From: Nemertoderma westbladi
Taxonomy: Eukaryota > Animalia > Xenacoelomorpha
Direction of reading: 5' to 3'
Length of the DNA stretch: 64,000 nucleotides
Assembly: GCA_032718475.1 (NCBI GenBank)
Contig: JAUCBJ010003170.1
Coordinates: forward strand, 6,657-70,656
The translations under genes and the position numbers were made by a program. This document shows, one piece after another, positions 38,089 through 50,000 of this stretch. How positions within the stretch are numbered: the first letter of the stretch is position 1; every line of letters begins with the position of its first letter. The notes beneath the pieces are model-generated. The model searched no databases. It had not been told where the DNA came from and was given only the letters and a program-made list of their open reading frames with translations.

Positions 38089-41000
38089 AAATTGGGAATG
38101 AGTTTGGGCCTCTCCTCTAGTAGGATGATATGTTTCAGTATGCCAAATATATCGGCGTCATCAGAGAGTCCGGGGGGAATTCCAGGAAGATATTTGGATG
38201 ATTGTTTGGCGAATGTACAGCGCAATAATGACGTCACAAACGAGAAAACTAAACAAACGGAAATGAGAGAAACTCTGAAACCTGGGAGCGTGTTTATGGC
38301 TCCGAACCGAGGAAGCACTAACCGAGAAATGCTGAACTACGTGACTCCTCCTATAAGCGGCACCGGGATGTGGGCGACCGCAGCCGATAAGTTTCCTCCC
38401 CCGCCAATAGGATGCCGCACCTCGATCCAGTGGTGGTCTTCCAACAACGACAATAAGGCCGTCGATTCGTCCACTCTGTCGCAGTTCCCCCCGGGTGCTC
38501 AGCGTGGACCGCTTCGGGATGTACTGGGATGGCGGTTCGACAACCTTCGTAGTCAGTGGATCTTCACCGATGAAGGTGAGTTGCTGGCGATAAACCGCGT
38601 TCGCAAACTCCTCAGATTATCCACGTTGCATCGTCGACTATTGTGGTCAATTCCTGCAAATAGTAACTTAGATTTCGTTGATTTGTCTGAAGTTTGTCCA
38701 GATGTGAGAGTTAGTCCATTGCAGTCACGTTTGGCGTTTGATGCCAGTTTATTGGCCGGAAGGTTTAGTGTCACCGAGGCAACGGCGGGAGACAGAAAGC
38801 GGCCAACGGACGCGTTTTATTACGAACTGGTACTTCGACGCGAATTCGGCGACATTTTCGTGAACTCTATTCGCAATTACATTAATGATACACGATTTAG
38901 AAACCTCGATTCGATTAAATTCCAAAATACACTGCGGGCAACTTTCTATGAGATTTATTTGCATGGTTTGCGAACAAAATTCGGGGATAGTTATATGAAG
39001 ATATTGGAAAAGCGCTATATGGATAGTGAAACTAAGCGTTTCGTACCGAATGCAGCAGTGTATGAAGTGGCGAGGTTGTATACAATAGTGCGAGGAAAGT
39101 TGTTTAAGATGCGCTCTATGGGGAATCCTAAAGTCGCTATAAAAAAATTGAAACCCACGTATCTTAAAGGTCCTATTAGATGGACCAACCCTCTCACTAC
39201 ACCGCCCGCGAACAGAAAGGGAGATCTAAACTTCCTGTATTACATTCGCAGTCAGTGTACTCCAAACGATGCGAACGCCCGGCTTATTCTCTCGTCCCTA
39301 GGTTCAACATATTGGTTCACAGAAACTGCAATTTTCTCTCACAGTAGAATGCTCAGACTGAGGAAAGCCAGAACCAACAGGATGAGGGAGAAGCGATTGT
39401 TGCCTCTTCAAACACACGAAGAAACGGACGATGGATATGGAATAGACGATATGGCGGGTGATTATTGGTTTTCCAGTGAGAATTTACCAGTTGAAGATAT
39501 GTATATGCGCCGAGATGAGTATATTGCTATAAAAGCAAGTGGTATAAGTGATGCCTTTTTGGAGGTGGATGATATATTCAGTCATCACGAATTCGATAAG
39601 AGTGATCATTCCATTAGTAAGTCTGCAGTAAGTAAAATGAATAAAGAAAGAAGTCAAAGGAAAGGAAAGTTGACAACGAAGAGAGAATTTCTACGAAAGG
39701 GGGAGGGAGAGATACTCCGGCATTCGGTGGACAAATCAAAACGAATGTCGATGCGAGCCAAAGAGATTCGTAGGAAGTTGTCCCTCGAACGCTTTATTGG
39801 TGACGAGGCTAACAATAAGAAATCGCACAGAAAGAAAACTGCAAAAGGTTTGGAAAAATCGAAGAAGGGGTCATTGGATTCGGAAGACATGGAGAATAGT
39901 TCCAGTGGTGATGAATCTGGTGATCAAATAGGAAGCAAGCGGAGCAGTGGTGGCGAATATATCCGCGGCAGTGGTGGCGAATATAACCGCGGCAGTGGTG
40001 GCGAATATACCCGCGGCAGTGGTGGCGAATATAAGCGCGGTAGTGGTGGCGAATATAAGCGCAGCAGTGGTGGCGAATATAAATGGAAGAACGGCGAAGA
40101 GGGGCGGCAGATGAGGATGGCAGTGATACCGATGTACGCCCATAGAGCATTGAGTCGTCTCGACCCTGATGAAGCCTTCTACGCAAATTTTTATTGCGAT
40201 GTCGCTGGAGTTATTCGGCTCATCAAGGAAATGATGATGGCTGGAGGCCAGGGGGAAACAGTTAACGATATGGATTTCGAAGCGGAGAAGAAGGAAGGCG
40301 CACAAGATCATTTTTGGGTTGTAAGTAACAAATTGATATCGACATTCAGTAAATTTGAGTAAATTCAGTACTCCAAAGTTATAATTCTGACCCAGTGAAT
40401 TTAAACTACTCATACTCATACTCTCATATTTAATTTACCATTATGGCCACAGAGCTTAAAATTGTAATTGAAAGTGAGACGATATGTTTAGGCATAGTTT
40501 GGTGAGAGAAACATTGTGTTTACCATTTTCACTTTTTAGAGTGGTCAAGGTATATTGAATGTAAAAGACGAAGTTGCTTTAATTGTTAAACAGAAGGCAG
40601 AACGAGCGGCTCTGTTAAAGAAAATGCCAAGAAAAGATAAGAAAGCCAAGTTCGGCGCGGGAGCAGCACGTATGTTGGGTTTCATTGTTTTCATTGAATA
40701 TTTAATATAAGTTATCAATTAATTGTTATTTTTCAGATTTATTTTATTTCAATGTTTTTTTGTATCTCAGCAGCGTTCTACAAAAGTTATCAATTTTCAT
40801 CGATACTTTTTAGTGATAGTGGTTGCATTAAATTCATATAACCTCAGAGGTCGCGTGTTCGATCCCCGCATGTGTGCCAGGGTAGTTTTCGTTTCAGCAC
40901 GAAGGCCTTAACGGGACAAGCCAGGGCGCATCTATGACTTGCATCCTTAACAACTTGGCAACCGTTATTTTACATTTGTTTCTTTGATACTCTTGGGCCA

Positions 41001-44000
41001 CCATTTAGGCGACACGACATAAAAAGGTGATTCGCAACAAAATTGACAACAATTTGCATTGCTATGCGACTGACAGTGACAATGCATCCAGGTGGTGTGG
41101 CTGATATATGTTTAAATTGTATCAAGAAAACGGTGAAAGTAAATACAATACAATACAACCTAATACAAAAAAATTGTTGGAGTAAAAACCCCAAAGTTCT
41201 TATTTTTTACTTTTAGTTAGCAAACTGGAAAAAAAACTTGAAATTCTCAAGAAACTAAGATTATTAAGACTCAGGAAAATTCAGGAATCGGCTGGTTTGA
41301 AGAGCGCAAAGAAGCCGCCACCAGAACCTCCGAGGTTAGTGAAACAGGTACAACCAAAACCCCCAAGGTTAGTTAAACAGCCACAACCAGAACCCCGATG
41401 GTTAGTGTAACAACCGCCACCAGAACCACGAATGTTAGTGAAACAGCCACAACCAGAACCCCCAAGGTTAGTGAAACAGCCACAACCAGAACCCCCAATG
41501 TTAGTGAAACAACCGCCACCAGAACCACCAATGTTAGTGAAGCAGCCGCCACCAGAACCCCCAAGGTTAGTGAAACAGCCACAACCAGAACCCCCGAGGT
41601 TAGTGAAACAGCCGCCACCAGAACCCCCGAGGTTAATGAAACAGCCGCCCCCAGAACCACCAAGGTTAGTGAAACAGCCGCCCCCAGAACCCCCAAGGTT
41701 AGTGAAACAGCCGCCACCAGAACCCCGAGGGTTAGTGAAACAGCTACAACCAGAACCCCCAAGGTTAGTGAAACAGCCACAACCAGAACCCCCAAGGTTA
41801 GTGAAACAACCGCCACCAGAACCCCGAGGGTTAGTGAAACAGCTACAACCAGAACCCCCAAGGTTAGTGAAACAGCCACAACCAGAACCCACAAGGTTAG
41901 TGAAACAACCGCCACCAGAACCCCCAAGGTTAGTGAAACAGCCTCAACCAGAACCCCCGAGGTTAGTGAAACAGCCGCCACCAGAACCCCCAAGGTTAGT
42001 GAAACAGCTACAACCAGAACCCCCAAGGTTAGTGAAACAGCCACAACCAGAACCCACAAGGTTAGTGAAACAACCGCCACCAGAACCCCCAAGGTTAGTG
42101 AAACAGCCTCAACCAGAACCCCCAAGGTTAGTTAAACAGCCACAACCAGAACCCCGATGGTTAGTGTAACAACCGCCACCAGAACCACGAATGTTAGTGA
42201 AACAGCCACAACCAGAACCCCCAAGGTTAGTGAAACAGCCACAACCAGAACCCCCAATGTTAGTGAAACAACCGCCACCAGAACCACCAATGTTAGTGAA
42301 GCAGCCGCCACCAGAACCCCCAAGGTTAGTGAAACAGCCGCCACCAGAACCCCCGAGGTTAGTGAAACAGCCGCCACCAGAACCCCCAAGGTTAGTGAAA
42401 CAGCCACAACCAGAACCCCCAAGGTTAGTGAAACAGCCTCAACCAGAACCCCCGAGGTTAATGAAACAGCCGCCACCAGAACCCCCAAGGTTAGTGAAAC
42501 AGCCACAACCAGAACCCCCAAGGTTAGTGAAACAGCCTCAACCAGAACCCCCGAGGTTAGTGAAACAGCCGCCACCAGAACCCCCGAGGTTAGTGAAACA
42601 GCCGCCACCAGAACCCCCAAGGTTAGTGAAACAGCCGCCACCAGAACCACCAATGTTAGTGAAACAGCCATAACCAGAACCCCCAATGTTAGTGAAACAG
42701 CCGCCACCAGAACCCCCAAGGTTAGTGAAACAGCCGCCACCAGAACCCCCGAGGTTAGTGAAACAGCCACCACCAGAACCCCCAAGGTTAGTGAAACAGC
42801 CACAACCAGAAACCCGCCGATGGTTAGTGTAACAGCTGCCACCAGAACCCCCAAGGTTGGTGAAACAGCCACAACCATAACCCCCGAGGTTAGTGAAACA
42901 ACCGCCACCAGAATCCCCAAGGTTAGTGAAACAGCCGCCACCAGAACCCCCGAGGTTAATGAAACAGCCGCCCCCAGAACCCTCAATGTTAATGAAACAG
43001 CCGCCACCAGAACCACCAATGTTAGTGAAACAGCCATAACCAGAACCCCCAATGTTAGTGAAACAGCCGCCACCAGAACCCCCAAGGTTAGTGAAACAGC
43101 CGCCACCAGAACCCCCGAGGTTAGTTAAACAGCCACCACCAGAACCCCCAAGGTTAGTGAAACAGCCACAACCAGAAACCCGCCGATGGTTAGTGTAACA
43201 GCTACCACCAGAACCCCCAAGGTTAGTGAAACTGCCACAACCAGAAACCCGATGGTTAGTGTAACAGCAGCCGCCAGAACCTCCAAGGATAATGAAACAG
43301 CCGCCTCCAGAACCCCCAAGGTTAGTGAAACAGCCACCACCGGAACCCCCAAGGTTAGTGAAACAGCCGCCACCAGAACCCCCGAGGTTAGTGAAACAGC
43401 CACAACCAGAACCCCTAAGGTTAGTGAAACAGCCACAACCAGAACCCACGAGGTTAGTGAAACAGCCGCCACCAGAACCCCCGAGGTTAGTGAAACAGCC
43501 ACAACCAGAACCCCTAAGGTTAGTGAAACAGCCGCCACCAGAACCCCCAAGGTTAGTGAAACAGCCACAACCAGAACCCCCAAGGTTAGTGAAACAGCCG
43601 CCACCAGAACCCCCGAGGTTAGTGAAACAGCCACAACCAGAACCCCTAAGGTTAGTGAAACAGCCGCCACCAGAACCCCCAAGGTTAGTGAAACAGCCAC
43701 AACCAAAACCCCCAAGGTTAGTGAAACAGCCACAACCAGAACCCCCAAGGTTAGTGAAACAGCCGCCACCAGAACCCCCGAGGTTAGTGAAACAGCCACA
43801 ACCAGAACCCCTAAGGTTAGTGAAACAGCCGCCACCAGAACCCCCAAGGTTAGTGAAACAGCCACAACCAAAACCCCCAAGGTTAGTGAAACAGCCACAA
43901 CCAGAACCCCCAAGGTTAGTGAAACAGCCGCCACCAGAACCCCCGAGGTTAGTGAAACAGCCACAACCAGAACCCCTAAGGTTAGTGAAACAGCCGCCAC

Positions 44001-47000
44001 CAGAACCCCCAAGGTTAGTGAAACAGCCGCCCCCAGAACCCCCAAGGTTAGTGAAACAGCCGCCACCAGAACCCCCGAGGTTAGTGAAACAGCCGCCACC
44101 AGAACCCCCAAGGTTAATGAAACAGCCACAACCAGAACCCCCAAGGTTAGTGAAACAGCCGCCACCAGAACCCCCAAGGTTAGTGAAACAGCCGCCACCA
44201 GAACCCCCGAGGTTAGTGAAACAGCCACAACCAGAACCCCCAAGGTTAGTGAAACAGCCACCACCAGAACCCCCGAGGTTAATGAAACAGCCGCCACCAG
44301 AACCCCCGAGGTTAGTGATTCGCAACAAAATTGACAACAATTTGCATTGCTATGCGACTGACAGTGACAATGCATCCAGGTGGTGTGGCTGATATATGTT
44401 TAAATTGTATCAAGAAAACGGTGAAAGTAAATACAATACAATACAACCTAATACAAAAAAATTGTTGGAGTAAAAACCCCAAAGTTCTTATTTTTACTTT
44501 TAGTTAGCAAACTGGAAAAAAAACTTGAAATTCTCAAGAAACTAAGATTATTAAGACTCAGGAAAATTCAGGAATCGGCTGGTTTGAAGAGCGCAAAGAA
44601 GCCGCCACCAGAACCTCCGAGGTTAGTGAAACAGGTACAACCAAAACCCCCAAGGTTAGTTAAACAGCCACAACCAGAACCCCGATGGTTAGTGTAACAA
44701 CCGCCACCAGAACCACGAATGTTAGTGAAACAGCCACAACCAGAACCCCCAAGGTTAGTGAAACAGCCACAACCAGAACCCCCAATGTTAGTGAAACAAC
44801 CGCCAACAGAACCACCAATGTTAGTGAAGCAGCCGCCACCAGAACCCCCAAGGTTAGTGAAACAGCCACAACCAGAACCCCCGAGGTTAGTGAAACAGCC
44901 GCCACCAGAACCCCCGAGGTTAATGAAACAGCCGCCCCCAGAACCACCAAGGTTAGTGAAACAGCCGCCCCCAGAACCCCCAAGGTTAGTGAAACAGCCG
45001 CCACCAGAACCCCGAGGGTTAGTGAAACAGCTACAACCAGAACCCCCAAGGTTAGTGAAACAGCCACAACCAGAACCCCCAAGGTTAGTGAAACAACCGC
45101 CACCAGAACCCCGAGGGTTAGTGAAACAGCTACAACCAGAACCCCCAAGGTTAGTGAAACAGCCACAACCAGAACCCACAAGGTTAGTGAAACAACCGCC
45201 ACCAGAACCCCCAAGGTTAGTGAAACAGCCTCAACCAGAATCCCCGAGGTTAGTGAAACAGCCGCCACCAGAACCCCCAAGGTTAGTGAAACAGCTACAA
45301 CCAGAACCCCCAAGGTTAGTGAAACAGCCACAACCAGAACCCACAAGGTTAGTGAAACAACCGCCACCAGAACCCCCAAGGTTAGTGAAACAGCCTCAAC
45401 CAGAACCCCCAAGGTTAGTTAAACAGCCACAACCAGAACCCCGATGGTTAGTGTAACAACCGCCACCAGAACCACGAATGTTAGTGAAACAGCCACAACC
45501 AGAACCCCCAAGGTTAGTGAAACAGCCACAACCAGAACCCCCAATGTTAGTGAAACAACCGCCACCAGAACCACCAATGTTAGTGAAGCAGCCGCCACCA
45601 GAACCCCCAAGGTTAGTGAAACAGCCGCCACCAGAACCCCCGAGGTTAGTGAAACAGCCGCCACCAGAACCCCCAAGGTTAGTGAAACAGCCACAACCAG
45701 AACCCCCAAGGTTAGTGAAACAGCCTCAACCAGAACCCCCGAGGTTAATGAAACAGCCGCCACCAGAACCCCCAAGGTTAGTGAAACAGCCACAACCAGA
45801 ACCCCCAAGGTTAGTGAAACAGCCTCAACCAGAACCCCCGAGGTTAGTGAAACAGCCGCCACCAGAACCCCCGAGGTTAGTGAAACAGCCGCCACCAGAA
45901 CCCCCAAGGTTAGTGAAACAGCCGCCACCAGAACCACCAATGTTAGTGAAACAGCCATAACCAGAACCCCCAATGTTAGTGAAACAGCCGCCACCAGAAC
46001 CCCCAAGGTTAGTGAAACAGCCGCCACCAGAACCCCCGAGGTTAGTGAAACAGCCACCACCAGAACCCCCAAGGTTAGTGAAACAGCCACAACCAGAAAC
46101 CCGCCGATGGTTAGTGTAACAGCTGCCACCAGAACCCCCAAGGTTGGTGAAACAGCCACAACCATAACCCCCGAGGTTAGTGAAACAACCGCCACCAGAA
46201 TCCCCAAGGTTAGTGAAACAGCCGCCACCAGAACCCCCGAGGTTAATGAAACAGCCGCCCCCAGAACCCTCAATGTTAATGAAACAGCCGCCACCAGAAC
46301 CACCAATGTTAGTGAAACAGCCATAACCAGAACCCCCAATGTTAGTGAAACAGCCGCCACCAGAACCCCCAAGGTTAGTGAAACAGCCGCCACCAGAACC
46401 CCCGAGGTTAGTGAAACAGCCACCACCAGAACCCCCAAGGTTAGTGAAACAGCCACAACCAGAAACCCGCCGATGGTTAGTGTAACAGCTACCACCAGAA
46501 CCCCCAAGGTTAGTGAAACTGCCACAACCAGAAACCCGATGGTTAGTGTAACAGCAGCCGCCAGAACCTCCAAGGATAATGAAACAGCCGCCTCCAGAAC
46601 CCCCAAGGTTAGTGAAACAGCCACCACCAGAACCCCCAAGGTTAGTGAAACAGCCGCCACCAGAACCCCCGAGGTTAGTGAAACAGCCACAACCAGAACC
46701 CCTAAGGTTAGTGAAACAGCCACAACCAGAACCCACGAGGTTAGTGAAACAGCCGCCACCAGAACCCCCGAGGTTAGTGAAACAGCCACAACCAGAACCC
46801 CTAAGGTTAGTGAAACAGCCGCCACCAGAACCCCCAAGGTTAGTGAAACAGCCACAACCAGAACCCCCAAGGTTAGTGAAACAGCCGCCACCAGAACCCC
46901 CGAGGTTAGTGAAACAGCCACAACCAGAACCCCTAAGGTTAGTGAAACAGCCGCCACCAGAACCCCCAAGGTTAGTGAAACAGCCACAACCAAAACCCCC

Positions 47001-50000
47001 AAGGTTAGTGAAACAGCCACAACCAGAACCCCCAAGGTTAGTGAAACAGCCGCCACCAGAACCCCCGAGGTTAGTGAAACAGCCACAACCAGAACCCCTA
47101 AGGTTAGTGAAACAGCCGCCACCAGAACCCCCAAGGTTAGTGAAACAGCCGCCCCCAGAACCCCCAAGGTTAGTGAAACAGCCGCCACCAGAACCCCCGA
47201 GGTTAGTGAAACAGCCGCCACCAGAACCCCCAAGGTTAATGAAACAGCCACAACCAGAACCCCCAAGGTTAGTGAAACAGCCGCCACCAGAACCCCCAAG
47301 GTTAGTGAAACAGCCGCCACCAGAACCCCCGAGGTTAGTGAAACAGCCACAACCAGAACCCCCAAGGTTAGTGAAACAGCCACCACCAGAACCCCCGAGG
47401 TTAATGAAACAGCCGCCACCAGAACCCCCGAGGTTAGTGAAACAGCCGCCACCAGAACCCCCGAGGTTAGTGAAACAGCCGCCCCCAGAACCCCCAAGGT
47501 TAGTGAAACAGCTACAACCAGAAACCCGATGGTTAGTGTAACAGCCGCCACCAGAACCCACGAGGTTAGTGAAACAGCCGCCCCCAGAACCCCCAAGGTT
47601 AGTGAAACAGCCACAACCAGAACCCCCAAGGTTAGTGAAACAGCCACAACCAGAACCCCTAAGGTTAGTGAAACATCCGCCACCGGAACCCCCGAGGTTA
47701 GTGAAACAGCCGCCACCAGAACCCCCGAGGTTAGTGAAACAGCCGCCCCCAGAACCCCCAAGGTTAGTGAAACAGCTACAACCAGAAACCCGATGGTTAG
47801 TGTAACAGCCGCCACCAGAACCCACGAGGTTAGTGAAACAGCCGCCCCCAGAACCCCCAAGGTTAGTGAAACAGCCACAACCAGAACCCACGAGGTTAGT
47901 GAAACAACCGCCCCCAGAACCCCTAAGGTTAGTGAAACAGCCGCCACCAGAACCCCCAAGGTTAGTGAAACAGCCACAACCAGAACCCCCAAGGTTAGTG
48001 AAACAGCCGCCCCCAGAACCCCCAAGGTTAATGAAACAGCCGCAACCAGAACCCCCAAGGTTAGTGAAACAGCCACAACCAGAAACCCGATGGTTAGTGT
48101 AACAGCCGCCACCAGAACTCCCAAGGTTAATGAAACAGCCGCCGCCAGAACCCCCAAGGTTAGTGAAACAGCCGCCACCAGAACCCCCAAGGTTAGTGAA
48201 ACAACCGCCACCAGAACCCCCGCGGTTACTACAGCCACAACCAGAACCCCCAAGGTTAGTGAAACAGCCGCCCCCAGAACGCCCAAGGTTAGTGAAACTG
48301 CCACAACCAGAAACCCGATGGTTAGTGTAACAGCCGCCACCAGAACTCCCAAGGTTAGTGAAACAGCTACAACCAGAACCCCCGAGGTTAGTGAAACAGC
48401 CGCCCCCAGAACCCCCAAGGTTAGTGAAACAGCCGCCCCCAGAACCCCCAAGGTTAGTGTAACAGCCGCCACCAGAACCCCCGAGGTTAGTGAAACAGCC
48501 GCCACCAGAACCCCCGAGGTTAGTGAAAAAGCCGCCCCCAGAACCCCCAAGGTTAGTGAAACAGCCGCCACCAGAACCCCCAAGGTTAGTGAAACAGCCG
48601 CCACCAGAACCCCCAATGTTAGTGAAACAGCCGCCCCCAGAACCCCCAAGGTTAGTGAAACAGCCACAACCAGAACCCCCAAGGTTAGTGAAACAGCCGC
48701 CACCACAACCACCAATGTTAGTGAAACAGCCGCCCCCAGAACCCCCAAGGTTAGTGAAACAGCCACAACCAGAACCCCCAAGGTTAGTGAAACAGCCACA
48801 ACCAGAACCCCCAAGGTTAGTGAAACAGCCGCCACCAGAACCCCCAAGGTTAGTGAAACAGCCGCCCTCAGAACGCCCAAGGTTAGTGAAACTGCCACAA
48901 CCAGAAACCCGATGGTTAGTGTAACAGCCGCCACCAGAACCCCCGAGGTTAGTGAAACAGCCGCCACCAGAACCCCCGAGGTTAGTGAAACAGCCGCCCC
49001 CAGAACCCCCAAGGGTAGTGAAACAGCCGCCCCCAGAACCCCCAAGGTTAGTGAAACAGCCACAACCAGAACCCCCAAGGTGAGTGAAACAGCCACAACC
49101 AGAACCCCCAAGGTTAGTGAAACAGCCGCCCCCAGAACGCCCAAGGTTAGTGAAACTGCCACAACCAGAAACCCGATGGTTAGTGTAACAGCCGCCACCA
49201 GAACCCCCGAGGTTAGTGAAACAGCCGCCACCAGAACCCCTAAGGTTAGTGTAACAGCCGCCACCAGAACCCCCGAGGTTAGTGAAACAGCCGCCACCAG
49301 AACCCCCGAGGTTAGTGAAACAGCCGCCACCAGAACCCCCAAGGTTAGTGAAACAGCCGCCACCAGAACCCCCGAGGTTAGTGAAACAGCCGCCCCCAGA
49401 ACCCCCAAGGTTAGTGAAACAGCCGCCCCCAGAACCCCCAAGGTTAGTGAAACAGCCACAACCAGAACCCCCAAGGTTAGTGAAACAGCCACAACCAGAA
49501 CCCCCAAGGTTAGTGAAACAGCCACAACCAGAACCCCCAAGGTTAGTGAAACAGCCGCCCCCAGAACGCCCAAGGTTAGTGAAACTGCCACAACCAGAAA
49601 CCCGATGGTTAGTGTAACAGCCGCCACCAGAACCCCCGAGGTTAGTGAAACAGCCGCCACCAGAACCCCCGAGGTTAGTGAAACAGCCGCCCCCAGAACC
49701 CCCAAGGTTAGTGAAACAGCCGCCCCCAGAACCCCCAAGGTTAGTGAAACAGCCACAACCAGAACCACCAAGGTTAGTGAAACAGCCACAACCAGAACCC
49801 CCAAGGTTAGTGAAACAGCCACAACCAGAACCCCCAAGGTTAGTGAAACAGCCGCCACCAGAACCCCCAAGGTTAGTGAAACAGCCACAACCAGAACCCC
49901 CAAGGTTAGTGAAACAGCCACAACCAGAACCACCAAGGTTAGTGAAACAGCCACAACCAGAACCCCCAAGGTTAGTGAAACAGCCACAACCAGAACCCCC

